Positions 38,624-50,915 of a DNA stretch of 64,000 nucleotides are shown piece by piece. Made by a program: the position numbers and the translations under genes. The notes under the pieces are model-generated. The model saw only the letters and a program-made list of their open reading frames with translations. It ran no database searches and was not told where the DNA came from. This stretch comes from Centroscyllium fabricii (Eukaryota). Location: NCBI GenBank assembly GCA_051313645.2, contig JBNRSN020000004.1:317750001-317814000 (forward strand), read 5' to 3'. Within the stretch, counting starts at the first letter, position 1, and every line of letters begins with the position of its first letter.

Positions 38624-39109
38624 GGAGGAAATTTTATTATTCTGGGGGGATGGCGGTGGGTGCGGGAGACGCGGTTTCCCCGCCCACACCACAGCGTGCG
38701 TGTGACATCAATGACAGGTTCCCCATCCAGAGGTCAGCCTGATTGACAGGCTGGCTTCCGTCGAGTGGAGAACGATGGAGAAGGGATCGCAGCCGCAGGT
38801 AGGTTTGATCCCTAACTCCGGGGGGGGGGGGGTTGATGTTGGGGGATCTTGGGGATCCGGGGGGGGGAAGCACACCTGCTCCTCCCAGCCCACAATGAAT
38901 GGTCCCCGAGGCTGTCCTTGCTTCGTTGCAGCTGCTGGGGTCTCGAGGCCTGGGCACCCCGGCTGGCCACAGGTTTCCAGCCTTATTACCATATTTAAAG
39001 TGCCAACCTTCCTCTGTTAAAACAGGCAGTGGGCAGGTTGGGGTCGGGATTCAGATTTACTTCCCACCCGACCCAAACCCGCCCATTTTTGGGGGTTAAA
39101 ATTCTCCCC
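38624..39109. mobile_element. Harbinger-type MITE
   Basis: Imperfect TIR GGAGGAAATTTTA / TAAAATTCTCCCC, TSD ATA; related partial copy at ~50923-51170. Confidence 0.65.
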
Positions 39110-40256
39110 ATACTCACTTACAAAATGAGTGCAGGTTTCTATTTATAGCTCATTATTTTGATAATGTAATCAAAGATAATGAAGTCATTAAAAACTGCAC
39201 AAAGCAGTAGTGTTGTGTAAATGCCAGTGCTTTCAGTAAAGGTGTGCATGCAAACACCAAACTTGTGGCATAAGTTGTCTTAAAAACACATTACCTCTTT
39301 TAGACCTTGGCATTACAATATGTGAATTTCAGTCTGTGAACTTAAATTGTGTTTGCATGAAACTTCCCCTACATCAACAGAGGCATTAGGCGATTTAAAA
39401 TAATTCGACTAGGAAAGCATAGGGAGAGTATCTTTAGTAGAAAGTACTACACAATCTTTTTAATTTGTTTTTAAATCTACCTATTATATATTATAAATTC
39501 AGTGAATTATTTCGGCAGGACAGCACAATTAAGGCAGTTAACTCGTTATGGAATTTAGACACAAACCTCTGTCTTGGTTATGATGTCTTTTGCACCTGGA
39601 AGATTAGAGTACATTCAGTTATCCTGCATCCCCAGCAGATTGCTTTACTTGATGGGAGCACAGTTTGGAGAGATGGCTACACTGTAGAATGCATTTCCCA
39701 ACCCGTGCACCTGTTAAGCAAGCACCAAGAGCGTGAGATCATTGAATAAATCCCATCTTGAATTCATTGTCCATAATGGAATACTGAAGCTCTTGCATCT
39801 GTCCAGGATTCTTTTAACTCACTTGCAGTATGAGAAAATGTTACTCATGTACTGTACCAATATAATATCCTGTATTTACTTGTGGTTATATTTTAATGTT
39901 AACTATGAATTAAGTAATAAAAGTAACTTTTGTTACAGAAAGGATCTTATTAAAAATTCAAGACCCAATTTGCAGCTCATTGGTTGCTGGCTGGACAGGT
40001 GGAATTAATTTGTTGCTGAATCAAAACATTACACAGTGGAATATGATTGTGCAGAACAATTTTCCCTTCTGTATACTTGATAACAGCTGAAAGGTGTTGG
40101 TGGGGGCTGTGGAGGTTTTTCGTTCTATACTGTCGGCGAGCAGCAGCATGGAGTAGTCAGCACAGATTTACGTGTGCAGTTTACACTCTCCTCAGTTTGT
40201 GGAGCTAAATGTAGGCCACCAAAAAGGAGAGTTTGAGGGCTAGACAAAAGCAAATA

Positions 40257-40817
40257 CAGGTTGAGCACCGGAAATCCGGCACGGGCGGGACCAGGCCCGT
40301 GCCGGGAAAGTGAAAAAAACGGCAGAATGAAGTCGGTCAGTGCGCATGCGTGCACCATTCAAAATGGCCGTGCGCATGCGCACAACATTGGAAATGGCCG
40401 CCGAACGTCCTTGCGGAGTCTCGGCTGCGGTTTGTGCCTCCTGATGACGGCCAGCAGGCTGCTCCGGGGAACCGCGCGCTTCACCATGACGGGCGTTCGG
40501 GACTCGCACATTCAAAACGCGGCGCGAGCCGCCGCGCCCTGACGCCACGAAAGGCCCGGCTCGTCCGGCGGCCATTTTGAATTATCTGCGCATGCGCTCG
40601 CCGTCCAGCGGCGCATGCGCTCGCCGTCCAGCGGCGCATGCGCAGATCATTTAAAAAATCTGGCAGCCATTTTGAATGATCTGCGCATGCGCAGATCATT
40701 CGCCGAAGCCTTGATCGCAGCTGCCATTTTGTGCATGCACAGTGCAGTCGGGGCAATTTGTTCCGGAAGGCTGAAGTTGCCGGCGTTTCGGGTAACGGAT
40801 TACCGGTGCTCAACCTG
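40257..40817. mobile_element. Tigger/pogo-like MITE, subfamily B, CpG-rich
   Basis: TIR CAGGTTGAGCACCGG / CCGGTGCTCAACCTG, TA TSD. Confidence 0.9.
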
Positions 40818-40914
40818 TATCAGAATATCAAGAGAGGATTGATTGAGTTCTGACGATTCTAATCTGGCTGAAAAGTATGCCCTTTAGCAAAGAATGAAGA
40901 GGAAGGAACATTTA

Positions 40915-41280
40915 ATGTGCATATATGTAGCGCTTTAACGTAGTAAAACGTCCCAACGCGCTTCACAGGAGTGTAATCAGATAAAAATGGACACCGAGCC
41001 AAAGATGACATTAGGACAAGTGACCAAAAGCTTGGTGAAGGAAGTTGGTTTTAAGGAGTGCCTTAAATAAGGGGAGAGAGATGTACAGGTGGAGTTAAGG
41101 GAAAGTAATTCCAGAGCTTAGGGTCTAGAAGCCATGGCTGCCATTGTCGGTGATATGCAAGAGGTCAGAATTGGAGGAACACACAGTTCTCTGAGGGTTG
41201 TAGGGCTGGAAGAGTTTACAGGAATAGGGAAGGGTGAGGCCATGCAGGGATTTGAACACAAGAACATGAATTTTAAATTT
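40915..41280 (-). mobile_element. L2 LINE 3' end
   Basis: Same family as 62115-62420 and ~46540-46770 (TTTAACGTAGTAAAAC.TCCCAA.GCGCTTCACAGG). Confidence 0.75.
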
Positions 41281-41370
41281 GACGCTATTTAACTATTTTG
41301 CTAAATAGTTCTAGATCAGCTTCTTCCTTTCTATTTACTTTCTCAATTGATTTCTACTTTCTGCTTGCAG

Positions 41371-41553
41371 AGTTACGGCTGAAGTGAAGCATAATCCCAC
41401 AAATACAATCGTATGCAAGGCACAGGGAGAATGGAATGGAACACTTGAATTCACGTACAGTAGTGGGGAAACAAAAGTGATTGATACGACCAAACTGCCA
41501 GTAATCAGAAAGAAAATACGACCTGTCAAAAAGCAAGGATTGTTCGAATCTAG
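41371..41553 (+). CDS. OSBPL10: OSBPL10 internal exon
   Basis: Splice sites cttgcAG and GTgtgt. Encodes [35 protein letters not shown]; 183 nt, phase 2/2. Confidence 0.95.
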
Positions 41554-41935
41554 GTGTGTGGAACCTGAGCTGCTATAAATTCAGTGATGTTGCCAAGTCA
41601 TATTTAGTCTTCCCGGCATCAAAACCCGATAACCCACAGGAGCTGTATATTTGAACTGCAAATTTTTAGTTCTCATATTTAAAAATCTTTGCTTGGACAG
41701 TTATATTTCTTATCAAACCCAATGACTATGCCTAAATCATTTAATCCACGTGCAACTGAAAACATTTTTTGAAGGTCAGGGATATCAGTACTGGGAAATG
41801 GACCACTTTCCATTTCAGCCACCCAGTGTCAGATCCAAGCACTCCTCGGTCTGTTACAGCACAGCCAGATTCAGAGCAAAGCTCTCTCAATTCTGCTACA
41901 ACCTCAAAAGAGTACCTTCCTTCTTAACTTGTGTG

Positions 41936-43158
41936 CAGGGCGCAACAAAACCGCTTGCCCGGGGCAAGCAAAACAAAATCCCACTTGCCCGGCCCGGGCA
42001 AGTGCGGTGGATCCCGCCCTGGAGGCTGGTGTGGATTAGGCGGGGGGGAGGGGGCGGGGGGTGGCAGTGATTGGAGGAGGCAGCGTGTCAATCGGGAGGG
42101 GCAGCAATCAAGTTAGGTGCAGCGGGCTGGTAGCGGCACCAGAGGCGCTGAGAGTGTCCGAGCGCCGGGTTCAATCCCTTTGTGAGGTTCAGGGACACTG
42201 ACACCCAGAGACCGAATCCAGGGACACTGACACCCAGAGGCCGAATCCAGGGACACTGACACCCAGAGACCGAATCCAGGGACACTGACACCCAGAGACC
42301 GAATCCAGGGACACTGACCCCCAGAGACCGAATCCAGGGACACTGACCCCCAGAGACCGAATCCAGGGACACTGACCCCCAGAGACCGAATCCAGGGACA
42401 CTGATCCCCAGAGACCGAATCCAGGGACACTGATCCCCAGAGACCGAATCCAGGGACACTGATCCCCAGAGACCGAATCCAGGGACACTGACAGACTCCC
42501 AGAGACCAAATCCAGGGACACTGACTGACTCCCAGAGACCAAATCCAGGGACACTGACTGACTCCCAGAGACCAAATCCAGGGACACTGACACCCAGAGA
42601 CCAAATCCTGAGACAGTCCAGGGCGCGACAAAACCGCTTCCCGCTCGATGATCGAGGCCATGGGCACGGGTGGGTGGATCCCGCCCTGGAGGTGGGTGCG
42701 GATTGGTCGGCGGGGCCGGGCGGCACGTCAGGGATTCGAGGGGGCGGCGTGTCAATCAGCGGACGGGGCAGCAGCCGGGTTAGGTGGAGCGGGCTGGTGG
42801 CGCGCGACAAGAGTGGGTCGGTGCCGTCGACCCGCTGAGGGGGAGAGAAAAAACCAGAGCGGCTGCTGGACGAAGGTAGGCGGGGAGTGAGAGTGAGGGA
42901 GCCTGCGGAGGCTTCACAGAAAGTTTGGTAAATGAGGGAAGAATGTTCAGAGTAGAGAGACCCTGGCAGAGAGGGTTAGAAACTGGGCCAATGCAACTAA
43001 AGGCACAATCACAATCTATGGCTTTATATTGAAGCATTTTAATAAAAATGTAAAATCTTTATTTATTTATTTTAAAATTTTGGACAAGTGAAATTTGTGT
43101 TTGAGCAAGTGTTTTAGAAATCCTGGGCAAGTGGAAAAAAAATTTTTGTAGCACCCTG
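41936..43158. mobile_element. hAT-like non-autonomous element with a duplicated left end and an internal minisatellite
   Basis: TIR CAGGGCGCAACAAAA / TTTTGTAGCACCCTG, flanked by GTGTG on both sides; repeated subterminal GGGCAAG/CTTGCCC motifs. Confidence 0.75.
42191..42608. repeat. Minisatellite, 14 units of 29/33 bp
   Basis: Unit AGGGACACTGACACCCAGAGACCGAATCC: ten 29-bp units, three 33-bp units and one 29-bp unit. Confidence 0.97.
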
Positions 43159-43687
43159 GTGTGGCACTTTTTCCCCATACTAGGCCAAATTAATTTGTGC
43201 CATGTTTGTGCTGTAGGCCCATGCCTCCTGGGAGCTGGGTTGATGCTGCCCCAACTCATTTCACATTGGAGGACTCCAACAGCTAACAGGTGGATTCCAT
43301 TCCATCAGTCTAGTTGTATTTGAACCCAGAGGTGAAAGGCCAGTTTCTAACCCACTGTACCGCCCAGTTCCCCATTTGGGTTTTCATTTACTTTCAATGT
43401 TGTGCTTGAAGTGGGAAACTGCAATGGTGGTTGACAATGCAGTTGGTATACTCTATCATAGATGTAAACAGGAACCCAACCTTCATATTTACACAGATAT
43501 GATCTCAACCACAGGAGCTAGGGTTACTTTTGCTCAAGTGTCTCAATCACAGTCGACAATGATGTACTTTACTTATTTATCATGGAGCTTGATTATAAAT
43601 ATTTTAGAGCATAAGGATACTGTCCTTTCATAATGGAGTGAAATATTTTACTAAATAGCAAACACCACATTTGTGACTTGTGATACT

Positions 43688-46080
43688 GGGCTGGATTTTG
43701 CCGGCGCTCAGATGTTGGGTTTGGAAAGGGGTCCGCTGTCAAAATAGCAAAGATTGACAGCGGTTACGAAAGACACTGTCAACCTGCCTCCACGCGAGTC
43801 TCCCAGGTGTCGGGCCTATCAGAGGAGAACTGATCCGACACCAAGCAGCAGGGGAGACAATTGAGCTCATTAAATGGCTTGTTAAGAGCAATTTAATGGT
43901 ATTTTGTGGCTTCCTTCCAATTTTATGTGCTCTCCCACGAGTTACCTGCTGCTCGGGGAACACGCCAGCTCACCCTGGCGTGTTTGGGGTCTGCTCTGAT
44001 GTTTCTGATAAGCTGACAGCTGCAGAAGTGGTGTGAAGGATGCCATGTTGCAGATGGTCAGTTTAAGAGCGCAGAAACAGTTGGTTACTTCATTTCTAAG
44101 ACACATGGGAAAAATTCGGTTACTTTGCGCTTCCTGTTAGCGCTCTATAGGGAGGCGCAAAGCAACTAGCGCCCGGGCGCGGCGCCACCAACGCCTCCTG
44201 CGAAATTCAGCGGGAGGTTAGCGGCGGTAACGTTAACGTGCCACCGGCGTTGACATCATCGCTGCGCGCAGCGCCCCGGCTACAATCTTCGGTAGTGCTC
44301 CCTGACTTACCTACGGAGTGGCACTATTTAAAGGCGAGGTACCAGGTGGCCATTTGTGTTGCTGGCCACCTGCCAGCACCTGCCTCCACTGCTGTGCCTG
44401 GCCTCCTGACTAGCCCCCCCCCACCCTCCGCAGAGTGCCGGCTGCGCTCCATGAGGCCGGCACTTCTCTTGAGTGCCGGGCTCTTTTGCCGGCCCTCCTG
44501 ATCCCCGGTGGCCCAGCTGGGCCCCGGGTCGTGCTGTGCAAGGCCTTTAAAAAGGGGAGGAAGGCCTGCAGCACCCCAAGAGGGAGGCAGGGTGCTTCCA
44601 GTAACGCCCCGCTTCCGTCTTGGGACGCTACCACTCAATTTTGTTTGCGGGGATGCTAATTTTTTCAGGGCTCTAAAAGTAGCGCGCCGCCGAAATTAGC
44701 ATCCCACAAAGGACGCATCTCAATTTTTCCCCCATAAAGAATTTTTTAGCTTGCAAGTGATTAGAGCCAATTGTATGTCCAGCGCCACCTCATTAGAAAA
44801 ACCTCTCTCACCATTAACAGATCGCTTCTGTCATCTCACCTGCAGCTGATATCTATTGCAGCAACATTGGTGCCCTAGAAACAATCTTACCATGCTCCTC
44901 TGATTCCTTCCATGCTCAGCCCCAACACCAACATCACCAGGCACACCAGCAGCACCAAGAACACTAACCTTCTCCACCATCACCTGATGCTGCACAGGGC
45001 AACATTGCTGCGCAGGAGGCTAGCAATAGCAACACTATGGCCAGATTTACTTCACTTGACGCTGTTAACCCTGGCTGCCACATGATGCGTCAGTGTGACA
45101 CCATCCCACACCAGCACCGTAAAGCATCTCTTTAATGTCCAAGCCATTCCATGCACACTCATCACTATAGCGGGGGTGGGGAAGTTATGTCTCAACATTC
45201 ACTGGAACTCTGAGATATTTCTCAAGGTGCGCACAGATCTGTCCAATAAGGGGCAGTGTTGAAAATATAGATTTCACTGTATGGCAACACATTACCAGAA
45301 ACTTTACATGAACATTGGCTAAACCTCTCAAGTGCCTACCCTTGTGTGTTGTTAGTTGGTATGATTGCAGTAGAATGAGGGTAAGTGTGAGGGGTGGCTA
45401 GTGAGATGGGGAAGTGATAATGTAGATTGAGAGGGATGGGTGGAGGTGCAAGGTAAGTTGGTGTGAATAATGATGTGCAGGAGTACTGTAGGGGAGGCAG
45501 AGTGATAGGGATGTGTTGAGTGGCACAGCAAGTTGAGTTTGAGTGTGGCTTTGCAGTAACGTTTCGTGATTCACTGAGATCATTGAAAGGTTGATGCCAC
45601 TGCAGCCAGGAACCCCTGACAACATCCCTGCTTTTGCCGTCCTATCCAATGTGCAACCAGGCTGCGTTGGTGTCCTGGGGAGGTCTCTTTCGCCCTTGGA
45701 AGGGAAGAGAACCTCCCTGCGTGCTGTGACTCCCTCCATAAGCATATGGAGGGAGTCATTGGAGAGCCTGGGTGCAAGTGTCCATCTTTGTACAGTGCTT
45801 GTCAGTGTTTGCAGCACCTCAATGCTGTCAAACACTGACGGAACTAACTGCCAAACTCAATGTGGCTGTGGTCCCTTTAAGGAAACCAGCTGATGACACA
45901 TCATCAAATGACATCATCAGATCCACATCCTGTTAATTGACCGGGAATCCCGCAGGGTGGGCTTAACAAAACAATCCAGGGAAAATCCCTTTGACAGAGC
46001 GGCTGCAGCTGGGAGCGGGAACAGAACCCAGCAACCAGCTCTCCCACCAACATCCCGACACCGCTGAGAAAATCCAGCCA
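43688..46080. mobile_element. Internally deleted Harbinger element with a Myb/SANT-like remnant (minus strand, ~45520-45800)
   Basis: TIR GGGCTGGATTTT / AAAATCCAGCC(A), TSD ACT; APRLSNDSLHMLMEGVTARREVLFP and PFNDL peptides. Confidence 0.75.
44107..44732. mobile_element. Harbinger-type MITE nested in 43688-46080
   Basis: TIR GGGAAAAATT / AATTTTTCCC, TSD CAT; GC-rich, related to 2337-2972. Confidence 0.7.
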
Positions 46081-46183
46081 ACTGTTTCTATTTCTGTCAC
46101 ATGTATGGGAATTGAGATTTTTTAAAAGGCCTGAATTCCTGATCGTTGTATATATATAGATATATATATATATTCCTTTTTAG

Positions 46184-46337
46184 ACGTCTATGGGAACTAG
46201 TTACCAATGCACTAAAAGCCGACAATATTGATGCAGCAACTGAGAACAAGCATCTTCTGGAGGAGCGGCAGAGAGCTGAGGAGAGGCAACGAGCAGCAAC
46301 AAACACTCTTTGGAAACCAAAGTATTTTCTAAAAGAG
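46184..46337 (+). CDS. OSBPL10: OSBPL10 penultimate coding exon
   Basis: Splice sites cctttttAG and GTaat. Encodes RLWELVTNALKADNIDAATENKHLLEERQRAEER..WKPKYFLKE; phase 2/0. Confidence 0.95.
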
Positions 46338-47726
46338 GTAATTAAAATCCCTGCAGTTTGACAGCCAATCCAGAAAAAAATTATATAGTACCCCAGCATA
46401 TTCTGCATAACCTGACTATAGATTATATAAATTCTAATATTTGGTTGGTTGCTACAATGGCATTACATGATAGAGCTCCAACAAGCTGCATTCGAGTCTT
46501 GGGGTTCCCGTTTGGCCCTGCCATTCTGCTGAGTTCTCTGAGGTAGGTTTGAAGGAGGGTTTTATAGGATGAGAGAGGTGGAGAGGTTTAGAGAGGGAAT
46601 TCCAGTACTTAGTGCTTAGACTGTTGAAGATACAGCCGCCAGTGGTGGGGTGAAGGAAGTGGCGGATTCACAACAGGCCAGAGATAAAGGAAAGCAGAGT
46701 TCTCGGGGGGATTGTAGGGCTGCAGGAGATTACAGAGATAGGGAGGAGCAAGGCCATCAGGGATTTTAACACCTCTCTAAGCCATGTTGCTGGGCGAGGC
46801 TGAGAAAGCTTTTAAAGAATAAATTGAAGAAAACCTTAACACTGATAAAATGCGTTATCCAGTGGGTTACATTTCAACAGAAGAAAACGCAAGCTGGTTA
46901 AATCACTTGCTTGTTTGCTCTGTTGATGAGCTAATTAACAGGAAGGTACAATACTTCCTACTGGTTAAAGCTAAACGATTGTCACAGCATCACCAATAGC
47001 TTCAGCTGTTTAATTCCATTCATTACACTCTTACCATTCATTTACTGTTGATCTTCAGAGGTCATTTGATATAGTGAAGAGAATGAATTGCTTTATACTT
47101 CACTCAATCTTCTCCCTCTAATGTTGTTACATTAACAAACTCTAGAAGGACTACAATAGTAATTTGCAACAAAATAAAAATTGGAATGATGAAATTGATT
47201 TAATTCTGCTTCATAGTACAGGTATTTGGAAAACAAATCACTTGCCATATGTTCTTGAATAACTTTGAAAATTTATACAGGGCATTAGAGATGAAATATT
47301 TATGAGATGGAATGTCTGACAGTGTTGCCTGTTGGGATGCAGTATACTCCAGTACCTAAGTAAAATTTTAAAGGCCACCAGTGCTGAAATTAGGGTGTGC
47401 TTGATTCAGCGCCAAGTAAACCCCACCCCCATCTCTCAATGTCATTATAACACCTAAGGTGCTCTGAAAATGAGCATAAGAGCCATACTAGGTGAAGCAT
47501 GGCCACTGGAAATTTATTTACATTAAATTGTATAAGAAAGGCAAGTACAAATGGTTCACCAGGAAAGGCTTACATATGATTTTTGAGTTTTCCTTGGATA
47601 TTCCTTTAGCTACTTACAACTCAAGATTCATTAAGAATGTTTTTTCTCACACTTATCATCTCAAATTTGTGGAAAACAGAATATTTTCCATCAATTTGAC
47701 GCATTCATAAGAAACATATTCTAGAA

Positions 47727-48107
47727 CAGGTTGAGCACCAGTAATCCGGCACTTGATGGTCCGGCACCTTCAGTGGTCCGGCATGAATGGAATCCAGCGC
47801 TCTTCATTTTGCGGAGCAGCCACTCGGCGGCGCCACCGTTTCCCGCGATGGGTGGGCGAGCGCCGAAGACGTCGGGCGTTTGGGTTGCTGCTTTTTAGGT
47901 TTTCTAAGTGTTCTATCCCCGGGCTCCCTCCCGGGGAGTGTTCTACCCGCGCGCTCCGGGCCCCGGGGAGTGTTCTATCCCCGGGCTCCCTCCCTCCCGG
48001 GGAGTGTTCTACCCGTGTGCTCCCCCTGAACCTTCAGTGGTTTGGAATTTTCAATGGCCCGGCACCAGCCTGGTCCCGAGGGTGCCGGGTTACCGGTGCT
48101 CAACCTG
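47727..48107. mobile_element. Tigger/pogo-like MITE, subfamily A
   Basis: Same TIRs and interior as 21766-22109, with one extra GTGTTCTA..CCCGGG subrepeat. Confidence 0.85.
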
Positions 48108-48727
48108 TAATTTGCACTGGTGTACCTTAGCAGCATTCCTGCATCTACCACTGGACCAGCTCTCTTGTAAAACAGACTGGAGCTTGTGATTTAGCTGAAG
48201 TGCACAGTATCTTTATATAGTCTGCCTGCAAGGTCACTAATTCCTTCACTGTGGGCTTCTCCCTTGAGGCTGCAATTTCTCGTTCTGGGCTGCAGTTCTG
48301 AAGGCATAGTGCCAACGTTTGATTTCTTTTTACAATGTGCATAATACAGTGAGCATAATACATATTAAATCGCACCATAGGCCAACATTAAAGCAACATT
48401 GAATATGGATTGGAGAAAGCACGGAGAGTTTATTATTTATCATAGGAAATGTTACAATGCCTTTCTTGGGACACTTATATTAAGCATTTCATTTTTCCCC
48501 CTGCTTGTGGCATAACAGAACCATTTGTCCATCAGCAAAATATTAAGTAAAATTCCGCTCATGATCCGATTAACAATTCATGACATTATTGCTCATGGCT
48601 GATCTGGCCTTCCATCTGTTAATAAATACGATAGAATATCCTGAACTTCTGCTGTTGCTGGACTAGTGCTGTGTCTTTTACACCCAGTTGTGCTGCTGAA
48701 CTAACTAACTTTTCGATTCCATTCTAG

Positions 48728-48775
48728 GGAGATGGTTGGGTGTACTATAGTCCCCTCTGGAAGACACACTGCTGA
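48728..48775 (+). CDS. OSBPL10: OSBPL10 terminal coding exon
   Basis: Acceptor ccattctAG, then GDGWVYYSPLWKTHC and TGA, matching the OSBPL10 C-terminus as I recall it (GDGWVYFNPLWK). AT-rich UTR-like sequence follows. Confidence 0.92.
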   Translation, partial: GDGWVYYSPLWKTHC

Positions 48776-49837
48776 CAGACTGAGCTTAACCTTTACCACC
48801 TACCTCAGATTTCCTCCGATTTGCCATTTGCCATCTGCAAATAATTCTGAGGTGATGTTTAAAAGACAAAAAAAATGGGAACGCTAAAAATTGACCAGGC
48901 TGTATAAAACAATTAACTTGTATAGAACAAGAAACTATATTGTGTATCGAATTAAAAATAGTTGTAGGTTCACCAAAAGAAATTTATTCAGGAGCTGTCC
49001 TGTATATATGTGATACCTGCATGTGAGGGATTGAAATGTTAATGATGGAGAAATTTTATTTTAATGTTTAAGATTTTATATTTTTCACTTGCAAAGACCT
49101 TTTTCGCACTTATATAAAGAAATGTGCCATTGGTGTAGTCACTTTAGGCTGTGTGTTTGAACTGAATGATGTAAATCATTGTCAGAGTGTTTTAATGTGG
49201 TTAATGGGCATGCCATTACACAAACTTTATAGCATACAGCACTAGAGTGCATGTGGACCCCTTTTTACTGCAGTGAGCTTCATCACTTGCACAACTGAAG
49301 TCATTAGATCTGGTTTGTTTCTTAAACTATTCAAAATGAATGGTGGTTTGAAAAAACAGAAGCATCTACTGAGAAACACAACCATTTGTACCTGGTGTTC
49401 ATAAGGATGTGACATGCAGCTGAACTTTATAGTTCCCATTAACTAACCAGAAAGGACGCTTTAGTCCCCATGTAGAAGAAGAATTCACTAAAACTTCTGC
49501 AAAATGAAAATTCTTTATTAAAGGTGGTCCTGATTTTTATCCTCCCAATATCCCTAACATTGTCTCCTCTTGCATTCAGAATAATAGAAATACAATAAGG
49601 AGAATTAAACTGTCTAAGAATTTTTAAAGTGCCCTTATCTCAAAAGCAAAACAATAGTCAACTGTGATATTACATTTATTTAGTCTAACTTGTACATATT
49701 TTTTCTTGATTTATAACTTGAAGCTCACAAGGATTGCTGATGGCTGTCTAACTTTGGAGCTAAACACAAAACTATTCCACCCTTATGATACAGGGTTCTC
49801 TTCCTGCCTTTGCACTCACTTGTACACACACAAACAC

Positions 49838-49930
49838 AGAAGATAGGAGCAGGAGTAGGCCATTCGGCCCTTCGAGCCTGCTCCGCTATTTTGATGAGAT
49901 CATGGCTGATCATCCAAACCCAACACCCCC
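49838..49930 (-). mobile_element. V-SINE/CR1 tail-only fragment
   Basis: GATAGGAGCAGGAGTAGGCCATTCGGCCCTTCGAGCCTGCTCCG; a similar fragment lies at ~51635-51725. Confidence 0.8.
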
Positions 49931-50589
49931 CCACCCTCTCCCCACATCCCCCGACACCCCCTATGTAATTTTGCATCCACATATACATTTATATTACGCA
50001 CTCTTCCAATTCTGCAGACCTATGCACCAACGAGTAAGTCACCTACTTATCATTGATAGTCATTGATAGCACTGGCATCTCATTGGTGTCAGTAGTGCAG
50101 TCCCTACACACAGTGAATGGGAAATGTATAGGTGTTTATCGCAGTGCTAACATAAACTTCTATTATGGATCAGCATTTTTGGTCCACATCACACGCTTTC
50201 AAAAAACAATATTCCCTGGGAAAACCATTTGATCACATGAAAAGAGTGAAAGACCCATTCAGATCAAGCATTGAGGCAGGTTTGCCTTTGGGCTTTTCAC
50301 TTAAAACATATGCTTTTCGAATGGGAGTCATTTTTGGATCCCATGGTGGATGCCGGGAAAATTCTAGTAGTGCCTTTGTGTATTCTAATAGTATTGTAAT
50401 ACAATGTGACATTTAATTTGGGGGAGAAAAGCACCACAAATAGAAATGTACTTTCACAGAGGCAGAGGGCAAATGTGAAAGTCGGGGTGATACTGAAATT
50501 CACAAAAATAATTGGAGCAGAATAATTGCTAAAATAAAAGTAGATAGCCATTTCAATACAGCACCTCAAAATCATACAGTGTAGATTAC

Positions 50590-50915
50590 ATATAATTACC
50601 TAGGATATGCAGCATAGAAACAGGCCATTCAGCCCAACCAGTCCATGGCAGTGTTTATGCTCCACTCAAGGCTCCTCCCATCCTTCCTCATTTAACTCTT
50701 ATCAGCATAACCCTCTATTCCCTTCTCCCTTATATGCTTATCTGGCTTCCCCTTAGATGCATCTATACTATTCGCCTCAACCCAGTGATAGTGAATTCCA
50801 CATTCTCACCACTCTTTGGGTAAAGAAGTTTCTTCTGAATTCTCTATTTCATTTCTTGGTGACTATCTTATATTGATGGCCTCTAGTTTTGCTGTTCCCC
50901 ACAAGTGGAAACACA
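50590..50915 (-). mobile_element. CR1 LINE 3' end
   Basis: Minus strand encodes FFTQRVVRMWNSL and a CR1 tail (GGTTGGGCTGAATGGCCTGTTTC). Confidence 0.8.

Noticed and set aside
41554-41578. Read-through of the weak GTGTGT donor giving CVEPELL*
   Set aside because: The spliced phase fits the next exon perfectly, and the sequence gives no evidence for a truncated isoform.
42191-42608. CRISPR-like array or repeat-protein ORFs (42088..42810 and others)
   Set aside because: Units are contiguous with no unique spacers, there are no cas genes, and the context is eukaryotic; the ORFs are open only because the repeat lacks stops.
20733-48775. OSBPL9 or OSBPL11 instead of OSBPL10
   Set aside because: From memory, [41 protein letters not shown] and GDGWVY..PLWK fit OSBPL10 best; reciprocal BLAST would confirm.
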